A stretch of 64,000 nucleotides of DNA, from NCBI GenBank assembly GCA_020852375.1, contig JADZAY010000008.1, positions 9,688 to 73,687 of the forward strand, in the 5' to 3' direction. Shown piece after piece: positions 9,105-16,709 of the stretch. This stretch comes from Candidatus Yanofskybacteria bacterium. GTDB lineage: Bacteria; Patescibacteriota; Minisyncoccia; 2-02-FULL-40-12; GWA2-44-9. The position numbers were made by a program, and so were the translations under genes. Position 1 is the stretch's first letter. Each line of letters starts with the position of its first letter. A model generated the notes under the pieces. It was not told the origin of the DNA, searched no databases, and worked only from the letters and a program-made list of their open reading frames with translations.

Positions 9105-10010
9105 TTATCGCGCGCTGACAGCCCCCTCTCGGAGGAGTTGTTCGACCTCTTCGAACCCGGGCGGGAACGCGTAGTTGTATCGGGCGGGAATCGCGAAGAC
9201 GTATGCCGCGTTACGCGCGAGTTCGCCCGGTTGGAACGGAGCTGCGCTGACCGACCACTCATCGCTCTGGATATGTTTCCACTGCTCGATCGTGAACACC
9301 ATGATGGGAATGTCCTGGCGCGGTGATGTGGCCGTTGAGAGGGGGTGGGTGATATGGAGCTCGGGGCCGTCGGCGACGGGTATGGATGGCGAATCTCCCC
9401 GCATGGAAACGGCATGCCACGCTTCACGCTGAACCTTAAAACCGATCCAGCTACCGGGGAGTTGAACGCGGAGGCCGTAGGTGACGTCGTCGTACGCCGC
9501 GGCGTACGACACCGACCCTGTCGTGGCGAGCTGCGAGGCGATGGCTCGGAAGACGTCGGTTGTTTCGCGAGAGCTGTCGGCGGTCCAGAGCGCGAACCGA
9601 AGAGCGTCGCGCCCCTCATACCGGGCACAGGCTCGTCCGGGGACATCGGTGCAAAGGAGCGCGTCCGATTGCGGGCCTCCGGCGTTCAGAATTGCGAGCC
9701 CGGAAGTGTCCGGGGTCTTTCCGTTCTTAAGAACTTGGAATCCAACGACCTCCCCGGCTTCACCCTGTTCCGCTTGAGCCGGTGTTCGGTAGGCGATGGG
9801 CGCGATATACCATCCGGCGGGGGCGGTAAGGGTGATCGAGCCCCACGAGAACGAAGGCGATTCCTGCAGGGGAGAGGGAGATGGCTCCGGGGTGGTGGGA
9901 TGCGGGCGAAGTCCCCAAATGAGCCCCAGAGTGATGGTGACAGCGAGCAATATCACCATGACCCCGGTAAGGATGTGTGGTGAGGGAGAGTTTGCTGAGG
10001 GAGCGTTCAT
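9105..10010 (-). CDS. Membrane-anchored hypothetical protein
   Basis: N-terminal TM, Pro/Ser linker and extracytoplasmic domain; start taken at MNAPSANS. Confidence 0.65.
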   Translation of the reverse strand: MNAPSANSPSPHILTGVMVILLAVTITLGLIWGLRPHPTTPEPSPSPLQESPSFSWGSITLTAPAGWYIAPIAYRTPAQAEQGEAGEVVGFQVLKNGKTPDTSGLAILNAGGPQSDALLCTDVPGRACARYEGRDALRFALWTADSSRETTDVFRAIASQLATTGSVSYAAAYDDVTYGLRVQLPGSWIGFKVQREAWHAVSMRGDSPSIPVADGPELHITHPLSTATSPRQDIPIMVFTIEQWKHIQSDEWSVSAAPFQPGELARNAAYVFAIPARYNYAFPPGFEEVEQLLREGAVSAR

Positions 10011-10012
10011 GG

Positions 10013-10618
10013 CTACTTCGTGAGTTCGAGCGATGACACGATGCGCTCCTGGAGGGCGATATCTTTGTCGATGCGATTGGTGTCGCTTGAGCAGGCCGCG
10101 AACGCAATGCGGAGCGTTTGCTGGCCGAGCGGGGCATGGAAGACCGATGCCGCGCATTCATCATCGCCGATGGTGAAGCGCACGCCCTTGCCCGTCGGCA
10201 GGTCGAGTACCTCGACGTTCTTCGGATCCATTCCATCACGAACGTTCGTGAGACTGACGGGGCGATCGATCACGCCAACAGCCATCCATCCGGACGGTCC
10301 TTTCTGACGCAGGACCTGGGTGATCTGCTCACCACCACCTCCCAGCGGGAGCACTGATTTGGTGTAGGTGATTTCCGGGAACTTCGCCACAGGGTATGCG
10401 ATCTTGAACCCGTACTCACTGTTCGGGTACCACTTCCATGCGTCCGACGGGGCGGGCGTTTTTGATGTGCTCGGGAGCGGCGTCGGGGACGGCAACACCG
10501 AGTCCGACGTGGCGGGCGTCTCTTGGGACACCGTTTCGCTGCGGGAATTCTTCAGAAACCAGCCAGCTGCCAGCACGACTACTACGACTCCGATCGCGAT
10601 TCCGATGCGTTTATTCAT
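10013..10618 (-). CDS. Membrane-anchored hypothetical protein (PsbP-like WKxYxNxxYGFxIxYP start)
   Basis: MNKRIGIAIGVVVVVLAAGWFL TM, linker, then WKWYPNSEYGFKIAYP. Confidence 0.7.
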   Translation of the reverse strand: MNKRIGIAIGVVVVVLAAGWFLKNSRSETVSQETPATSDSVLPSPTPLPSTSKTPAPSDAWKWYPNSEYGFKIAYPVAKFPEITYTKSVLPLGGGGEQITQVLRQKGPSGWMAVGVIDRPVSLTNVRDGMDPKNVEVLDLPTGKGVRFTIGDDECAASVFHAPLGQQTLRIAFAACSSDTNRIDKDIALQERIVSSLELTK

Positions 10619-10670
10619 ACCCGTACTATGCCAAAAAATGCCGATCCCCGCTAGAGGCGGGGATCGGGGG

Positions 10671-11300
10671 CTACTCTTCGTCGTGTCGGATGCGCGGAGG
10701 CATGAATCCGGTGAGAGTTGCTTCCGGTTTTTCGGTCCGAACCGGTTTTCGGGGGGTTGGCGTGCCAGTTCGGGAGCGGCTTCCCGGAATGCGCATGAGC
10801 ACCTTCTTGTGTTCGTCCAGGTCGTAGTAGTTGTTGACCGCTTCTTTGAGCTTGAGCGAGGTCGAGCGACCGAACGAGACCGCTTCAACGATGAGTCCGT
10901 TATGGCGCAGGTATTCGACGAGGGGAACGAAGTCGCCATCGCCGGTCACCAGGACGGCAACATCGAGCTGCTTCGCCATCGAGATGACGTCAACGGCCAT
11001 ACCGACATCCCAGTCTGCTTTTTTGGCGCCGCCGGCAAAGACCTGGAGGTCTTTCATTTTCAGTTCCAGTCCGCTCTTTTCGAGCGCCTCGAAGAACGGC
11101 TGCTCTTCGGTTTCGCCGCTTTTGACGACGTATACGAGCGCCCGGACGATCTGGCGGTCTGCAACGGCGAGCTTCAACAGCTCGGCAAAATTGATGCGAG
11201 CGTTATGGAGGTGCTTCGCGGAGTGGTACAGGTTCTGCATGTCCACGAACACTCCAACACGGTGGTTACTCCGCGGTTTGATGGTGACCTTGTCCGGCAT
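10671..11300 (-). CDS. NYN/LabA-DUF88 (PIN-like) domain protein
   Basis: VFVDMQNLY, KKADWDVGMAVD and LVTGDGDFVPLV motifs. Confidence 0.9.
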   Translation of the reverse strand: MPDKVTIKPRSNHRVGVFVDMQNLYHSAKHLHNARINFAELLKLAVADRQIVRALVYVVKSGETEEQPFFEALEKSGLELKMKDLQVFAGGAKKADWDVGMAVDVISMAKQLDVAVLVTGDGDFVPLVEYLRHNGLIVEAVSFGRSTSLKLKEAVNNYYDLDEHKKVLMRIPGSRSRTGTPTPRKPVRTEKPEATLTGFMPPRIRHDEE

Positions 11301-11305
11301 AGCGA

Positions 11306-11572
11306 TTACTTCTTGAGGCCGAGCTTCGACGCGAGTTTCGCGTAGCGCTTTTCGTCGGTGCGCTTGAGGTAGTCGAGCAAGCGCTTGCGCTTGGCGACCA
11401 TCTTCAACAGACCCACGCGGGAGCTGTTGTCCTTTGCGTGCTTCTTCAAATGTTTCGTGAGGGCCTCGATCTCAGCGGTGAACAGGGCGATCTGGCTCTC
11501 CGGCGAGCCCGTGTCCTTTGTGTGGACCTGGTGCTCGGCGATCAACTTCGACTTCTGCTTCGGTGTAAGCAT
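11306..11572 (-). CDS. rpsO: 30S ribosomal protein S15
   Basis: DTGSPESQIA and HAKDNSSRVGLLKMVAKRKRLLDYL; 88 aa. Confidence 0.97.
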   Translation of the reverse strand: MLTPKQKSKLIAEHQVHTKDTGSPESQIALFTAEIEALTKHLKKHAKDNSSRVGLLKMVAKRKRLLDYLKRTDEKRYAKLASKLGLKK

Positions 11573-11732
11573 GAAATGGTCACGGACACATCAGAAACCA
11601 ATGGAATCCGACGAGCCGTCGTTAGTGGTGGCTACAGCCACCTGACTGACACTACTCCTCCAGAATAGCATACTTTTCACAAAAAAACAAGACCCGCCTA
11701 CATGGCGGGTCGGATTGTCGGGAGTAGGGGGA

Positions 11733-12146
11733 CTACAGACCCCACTTGGCTCGCTTGGCGGCAGCCTCGGCCTCGGCTTTCTGCGTCTCGGCTTTTGCAG
11801 CGACCTCGGTGCGCTCTTTCGCTTCGAACCAGAGAGTATTGAGGACCGCTTCCCAGTCACCGGGGACGAAGCATTCGATCTCTTGCGCCGTCTTGCTGAA
11901 CACCAGAGATTCGGAGGCGTGGATCGTGACTTGGAACAGGAATCCGCCTGCTACGATGAACGCCGAGCTAGTAGCAACTCGGAGTCCATCGCGTTCGAAC
12001 TCGACTATCCTTTCAGAGGCCCCAAAGTAATAGCGGAGCCGTTCTTTGCCGAGCTGCTGTACGATAAGCCGTGCCTTCTCCTCGATTTTCTTGTCTCTTG
12101 CTTCCTGCTTACGTTCTTCGATTGCTTTCACTAGCCCTTCGCTCAT
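11733..12146 (-). CDS. Hypothetical protein
   Basis: 137-aa ORF with AAGGAG SD, followed by a hairpin terminator at about 11681-11712. Confidence 0.65.
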   Translation of the reverse strand: MSEGLVKAIEERKQEARDKKIEEKARLIVQQLGKERLRYYFGASERIVEFERDGLRVATSSAFIVAGGFLFQVTIHASESLVFSKTAQEIECFVPGDWEAVLNTLWFEAKERTEVAAKAETQKAEAEAAAKRAKWGL

Positions 12147-12241
12147 ACTGCACTCCTTTGCATGTGCTGGTTTCTTTTACCGATTCATGAGCACCCTGTC
12201 AATAGCGAAAGAAAACCCCGCCGGTGATGGCGGGGGAGGGG

Positions 12242-12526
12242 TCAGAATCCTGCTGTCCTTGGTGGCGGCACCAGCTTCGTTTTGCGGGGACCGAACAGGA
12301 GGCGCCAGAGTGGACCGAAGATTCGGTACTCGATGAGGACGGAGCGTGCGTGGCAGTGTCCGGCCGGACAGGTCAGATACACATATGCCTCGCCGATGCC
12401 CAGGAATCCCGGTTCCCAGTCCGTGTCGCTCTGGTCGAATTCGAAAACCGTCTTGCAGATACGGCACTCTGCCCGACCGTGACGGGTCTTTCTCGGGTCG
12501 GGTGATTCGCGCACGATCGTGGCCAT
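12242..12526 (-). CDS. Small Cys-rich (putative Zn-ribbon) protein
   Basis: CRIC...CPAGHC; starts 2 nt after the pilin-like gene stop. Confidence 0.6.
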   Translation of the reverse strand: MATIVRESPDPRKTRHGRAECRICKTVFEFDQSDTDWEPGFLGIGEAYVYLTCPAGHCHARSVLIEYRIFGPLWRLLFGPRKTKLVPPPRTAGF

Positions 12527-12528
12527 GC

Positions 12529-12900
12529 TCAGAACCCTTCCTTCTTCGCGATGGCGTGAATGCGGATGCAGTCCTGCGAGGGACCGCGCTCACGCTCTGC
12601 CACCCTATCAAGTTGACCCTGGACGAGCGTTCGGTCGAGTGTCCCTGGCGGAAGCGGTAGGATCGCTTCGGGTTCGGGGCATAGGGCGGCGATGCGCGCT
12701 TGGACGAATGGCCGCAGGACTTCGATCTGGGCAGGGGTGAGCGGTGTGGACAGATTTCGGAACTCGCCGCCGAATAGGAATTTGCGGTCGACTTCCCGTT
12801 TCGCCGCGAGCAGGGATGAGATTGCGATCGATGCTATGACCCCGATGACCGCGAGAACGACGAGAAGCTCGATGAGCGTGAAGCCGCGCTGGTTGCGCAT
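12529..12900 (-). CDS. Orphan prepilin-type protein
   Basis: Class III signal MRNQRG|FTLIELLVVLAVIGVIA; GGAGG SD. Confidence 0.8.
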   Translation of the reverse strand: MRNQRGFTLIELLVVLAVIGVIASIAISSLLAAKREVDRKFLFGGEFRNLSTPLTPAQIEVLRPFVQARIAALCPEPEAILPLPPGTLDRTLVQGQLDRVAERERGPSQDCIRIHAIAKKEGF

Positions 12901-12997
12901 AACATCCTCCGTTGTAAGGGAACGAACCTTTCTAGCGAATTATCCACAGGATGTCAATTTCGACATTGTGCGACCTGTGCATGGTGCTAAAATTGAA

Positions 12998-13139
12998 GAA
13001 CGTTCAGATTCGGATAAGCTGCGAGGCGCGGGCGAGGAACGGAGCGAGCCGTATCAAGGCATACGGTGAGCGAGTACCAGAGCGGGCGTGCGAAGCCGCC
13101 ATACACCGCAACAAAGCAGATCGCCGAATATGAATGTTC
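12998..13139. repeat. Dispersed hairpin element, copy 1 (MITE/REP-like)
   Basis: 16-bp imperfect terminal IR (12998-13013 / 13124-13139). Its reverse complement aligns with 31320-31438. Confidence 0.7.
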
Positions 13140-13145
13140 GTGACT

Positions 13146-14078
13146 ATGCCGACACTGAAGCAACTCAAGAACGAATACCTCGAATATCTGGAGATCGAGC
13201 GGAACCGCGCGCTCAAGACAATCGAGAACTACGGGCGCTACCTCGAGCGGTTCATTCATTTCGCATCGAGCACTGCGGGGGAAGATGTTGCCGATCTCAA
13301 TGAGGACGTCATCCGGCAATACCGCTTATGGTTGAATCGATTCAAAGACTCCGAAACGGGGGAGCCGTTGAAGCGCATCACACAGAATTACCACATCATC
13401 GCGCTACGGAACTTTCTGAAGTATTTGGTCAAGCGGCAGATCAAATCGGTCGCTCCCGAGCGGGTTGAGCTGGGAAAACAAGAGGATCGACAGGTGAGTT
13501 TCTTGGAGCCCAGCGAACTCGAGCGGCTCCTCGATGCTCCGGAAGGCTCCGATCTTCCTGCGCTCCGTGATCGCGCGCTGTTGGCGACGCTGTTCTCGAC
13601 CGGTATGCGCGTGAGCGAGTTGTGCTCGCTGAATCGGGATATGGTATCGGTTGAGCGCGGTGAGCTTTCGGTGCGTGGAAAGGGTGGCAAGGTGCGCCCG
13701 GTGTTCGTTGCCGACGACGCGGCGAAGCACCTGCAAGAATGGATGAAAGCGCGCTCGGATCTGGATCAAGCGCTCTTTATCCGCATCCCGCGCAATCAGC
13801 GGTTCGGTTCGTATGAAGATCTCCGTCTGACGCCGCGCTCGGTCCAGCGCATTGTGAAGGGCCACGCGATCGCCGCGGGCATTGTGGGGAAAAAGGTCAG
13901 CCCGCACACGCTTCGGCATTCATTCGCGACCGATCTGCTTCGCAACGGGGCCGACATTCGCTCCGTACAGGCCATGCTTGGCCATTCCAGCGTGACGACG
14001 ACGCAGATCTACACCCACGTCACCGACAAGGGACTCAAAGAGGTGCACCAGAAGTTTTTGAAGGGCGGCAAGCGCTAG
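13146..14078 (+). CDS. XerC/XerD-family tyrosine recombinase
   Basis: RDRALL...TGMRVSEL, GKGGK, SPHTLRHSFAT and LGHSSVTTTQIYTH catalytic motifs. Confidence 0.93.
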   Translation: MPTLKQLKNEYLEYLEIERNRALKTIENYGRYLERFIHFASSTAGEDVADLNEDVIRQYRLWLNRFKDSETGEPLKRITQNYHIIALRNFLKYLVKRQIKSVAPERVELGKQEDRQVSFLEPSELERLLDAPEGSDLPALRDRALLATLFSTGMRVSELCSLNRDMVSVERGELSVRGKGGKVRPVFVADDAAKHLQEWMKARSDLDQALFIRIPRNQRFGSYEDLRLTPRSVQRIVKGHAIAAGIVGKKVSPHTLRHSFATDLLRNGADIRSVQAMLGHSSVTTTQIYTHVTDKGLKEVHQKFLKGGKR

Positions 14079-14125
14079 GGAAATCCCCTTGCGCAGAGGA
14101 GCGGCACATGCACAATACACTGCAT

Positions 14126-14854
14126 ATGCCGAACGTTTTGATACCGATGGCAACGCGGGCACTCGGAGGTGATCGAGTCGGGACGCTGCATTTTGCACGA
14201 GCACCCTATGTGTGGCAGTTGGTGGAACGGGGAATCGAGCCGGTGCTCGTGTCTTCGCTGTTGACATCCGACATGATCGCGCGGGCGTACGCGGCAAGCG
14301 ACGGTCTCTTGTGCATGGGGGGAGGCGATCTCGATGCGCGGTGGTACGGACACGAAAATCATGCGCTCAACGATCGCGCAGAGCCAGAGCGCGACATGCT
14401 CGAACTGGCCCTGATCCGAATGGCGATCGCCGATCGGAAGCCGTTCCTTGGTATTTGTCGCGGCATGCAGGCGCTGGCGGTCGCAATGGGTGGATCGCTG
14501 TACCAGCACATTCCCGATATTCCCGGAACGGAGGAGCATGGGATCGGGGAGGGGAACGGATACGATGCGCTGTTGCATCGGAGGAAACACGTGGTACGTA
14601 TCGCTCCGTACACCCGCGTGCGGAGTATCCTCGGAGCCGATGAGGTGCACATGAATTCAGGGCATCATCAGGCGGTTGCATCGCTGGGGGCGGGACTTCG
14701 AGAGGCAGGGGCCACAGCGGATGGCGTCCTTGAGTTCATTGAGCACCGAGACCCGGGATATTTCTGCGTCGGCGTTCAGGGGCACCCCGAAGCCCAGGAC
14801 GATCCTGTGGCGCGCCGGTTATTCGATGCCTTTTCGGATGCCGTGGCCGGTTGA
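14126..14854 (+). CDS. Peptidase C26 / gamma-glutamyl-gamma-aminobutyrate hydrolase family
   Basis: GGGDLD, LGICRGMQ, NSGHHQAV and GVQGHPE motifs. Start uncertain (14108 or 14126). Confidence 0.9.
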   Translation: MPNVLIPMATRALGGDRVGTLHFARAPYVWQLVERGIEPVLVSSLLTSDMIARAYAASDGLLCMGGGDLDARWYGHENHALNDRAEPERDMLELALIRMAIADRKPFLGICRGMQALAVAMGGSLYQHIPDIPGTEEHGIGEGNGYDALLHRRKHVVRIAPYTRVRSILGADEVHMNSGHHQAVASLGAGLREAGATADGVLEFIEHRDPGYFCVGVQGHPEAQDDPVARRLFDAFSDAVAG

Positions 14855-14966
14855 GCTGTGGCGATGGAATGGTACAATGAGCCGGTACTGCTCTCGAACA
14901 TCCGCCGATCGTTCGTGGTGTGCATCGCCTCGGGCTATGCATGGGCGCATGACGACGGGTATCGCT

Positions 14967-15089
14967 ATGGACGAGCAGAAATGCACGCAGTGCGGAGGAG
15001 AGGTCCAGGATGGAAAGTGTGTCGAATGTGGCGCGGAGGCGCCAGCGGCTGAGCCGACCACCGAGGCTCCTGCCGAAGAGGCGTTCTAA
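14967..15089 (+). CDS. 40-aa double-CxxC microprotein
   Basis: MDEQKCTQCGGEVQDGKCVECGAEAPAAEPTTEAPAEEAF, followed by a hairpin at about 15110-15139. Confidence 0.55.
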   Translation: MDEQKCTQCGGEVQDGKCVECGAEAPAAEPTTEAPAEEAF

Positions 15090-15144
15090 CACCGTTCCGA
15101 ACGTATGAAAACAGCCGAGAGCGTTCGCTCTCGGCTGTTGCCGT

Positions 15145-15954
15145 CTACTGGACGGGGGACTTGGGGACGGGGCCCTTGTCCTGGGCCCACAGGAGCAGGT
15201 CCTCGACCGTGAAGTATCCGTAGTTGTTCGAGCTCTGCTCGACGGGGTTGAGCCAGAACCAGATCGGGTGGGCCATTTTCGGGGGATTCTCCTTCGGGAG
15301 CCAGCGGGGGGAGAGGGCGAAGTATCCCTTCCCGGCCGCCTTGAGGCGACTGGGCAACGCCGTGGCCCGGTACACCTCTTCGGTGGCGTCGCGCAGGCGG
15401 AGGCGCTCGAGATCGGCTGCCTTCATCGTATCCAGCGTCTCGCGCGGGACACGGGACCTGATGACAATGACGAGCCCGGTACCACCGAACGGAGCCGCGC
15501 TCGAGCAGAAGATCAGGGCGTCCTTTTCGAGGAGCGCCTTGTGGATCTCGCCGAGACCGATGCCGGTCGTGGTGCGGATGACGAAGTCGCTCTCGTCCCA
15601 GCATGCGACGGTCTCGTCCTCGGGGAAGAGGCGAAAGGTTCGGTCGAAAAGCTCCGCGCTTGGCGTTTGGCCCTGGAGCAGGTCGTTGATGAACCGGTAG
15701 CAGAGCAGGTAGTCCTTGCCGTTCAGGTTCTCGTAGAACCGCATGTACGAAGGGACGCGCGTGGTCGTACGGACATCGGCGCCCACCAGGTCGTGCCCGC
15801 CGGGAACATGCCGCGGGCTGCCGGGAATCCCGAACTCGTCCATGATGATGCGGATGCCGAATTCGTGTTCGGCCGCCGCATCCCATCCGAGACAGATGCC
15901 GACGACGCGCTTCTTGTTCTCGATCAAGCCGACATCGAACATGCCAGGCTTCAT
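15145..15954 (-). CDS. Hypothetical protein (269 aa)
   Basis: AGGAGG SD and its own TTGACA-16-TATAAT promoter at 15987-16014. Confidence 0.75.
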   Translation of the reverse strand: MKPGMFDVGLIENKKRVVGICLGWDAAAEHEFGIRIIMDEFGIPGSPRHVPGGHDLVGADVRTTTRVPSYMRFYENLNGKDYLLCYRFINDLLQGQTPSAELFDRTFRLFPEDETVACWDESDFVIRTTTGIGLGEIHKALLEKDALIFCSSAAPFGGTGLVIVIRSRVPRETLDTMKAADLERLRLRDATEEVYRATALPSRLKAAGKGYFALSPRWLPKENPPKMAHPIWFWLNPVEQSSNNYGYFTVEDLLLWAQDKGPVPKSPVQ

Positions 15955-16112
15955 ACCGCCTCCTGAGTGTGAAACGTGCCGACATTATTATACGCTTTCA
16001 TAGTATATTGTCAAGAATCCGCGGGGGTGGCACATCGCTCCGGGCTTCGATTCCTACCGCAACCACCAATGACAGAACAGGGACTGCCATTCGGCAGCCC
16101 CTGTTCTGTATG

Positions 16113-16184
16113 TGCTCTCGGTAGGAATCGAACCTACATTTCCTCCTTCGGAGGGAGATGTCCTATCCATTGAACGACGAGAGC
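16113..16184 (-). tRNA. tRNA-Arg(CCG)
   Basis: GCTCTCG acceptor, anticodon loop CT-CCG-AA, GTTCGATTC T-loop. Confidence 0.92.
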
Positions 16185-16185
16185 G

Positions 16186-16270
16186 TGGTGCCCGGGGTCG
16201 GAGTCGAACCGACACGCCTTGCGGCAATCGATCTTAAGTCGATCGTGTCTGCCAATTTCACCACCCGGGC
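16186..16270 (-). tRNA. tRNA-Leu(TAA)
   Basis: GCCCGGG acceptor, ATCGA-CTTAAGA-TCGAT, long variable arm, encoded CCA. Confidence 0.93.
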
Positions 16271-16303
16271 TTTCGTGATGGCGATATTCTTCAGTGCACC
16301 CCT

Positions 16304-16378
16304 TGGAGGCGGCGGCGGGAATCGAACCCGCGTGTAAGAGTTTTGCAGACTCTCGCCTTACCACTTGGCTACGCCGCC
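16304..16378 (-). tRNA. tRNA-Cys(GCA)
   Basis: GGCGGCG acceptor, AGAGT-CTGCAAA-ACTCT, encoded CCA. Confidence 0.93.
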
Positions 16379-16389
16379 AAGGGGTGCAC

Positions 16390-16635
16390 TCAATGAACGC
16401 GATGAAGGGATTTTAGGCACTCCTTCTGCTGGTGGGATCTTAGGAGTCTTTCCATTTTGACGGCTTCGCTTCGAGATGGCAACATTCGCACCTCAACGAG
16501 TTTCCACGGACGGTTCGGTTTTGTAGATCGAACGCGACCCGCATTGTGCAGCTTCAGGCGGTGATCGACATTCTCCGTAGAGCCAATATACATGTCTCCG
16601 TTCCGCTGGCTTATCAGCACATATGCGTAGAACAT
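16390..16635 (-). CDS. Small GIY-YIG nuclease (YhbQ/UPF0213-like)
   Basis: FYAYVL...MYIGST...RLKLHNAG...TKPNRPW...EAVKMER; 81 aa. Confidence 0.88.
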   Translation of the reverse strand: MFYAYVLISQRNGDMYIGSTENVDHRLKLHNAGRVRSTKPNRPWKLVEVRMLPSRSEAVKMERLLRSHQQKECLKSLHRVH

Positions 16636-16674
16636 TGTGTTTTGTCTCGCTTCGCGAGATCTCGCAGAGCGAGA

Positions 16675-16707
16675 CAGACTCTCGCCTTACCACTTGGCTA
16701 CTGCGCC
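16675..16707 (-). pseudogene. 5' half of a second tRNA-Cys, interrupted in the anticodon
   Basis: 16675-16701 is identical (27 nt) to tRNA-Cys 16346-16372. No matching 3' half was found. Confidence 0.7.
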
Positions 16708-16709
16708 GA

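Noticed and set aside
13146-14078. Tyrosine recombinase as a prophage/ICE integrase
   Set aside because: Size and motifs fit housekeeping XerC/D; no phage or conjugation genes and no direct att repeats were seen.
16636-16707. Group I intron-containing tRNA-Cys
   Set aside because: No matching 3' exon with a CTGCGCC acceptor strand and no group I core were found; recorded as an interrupted half instead.
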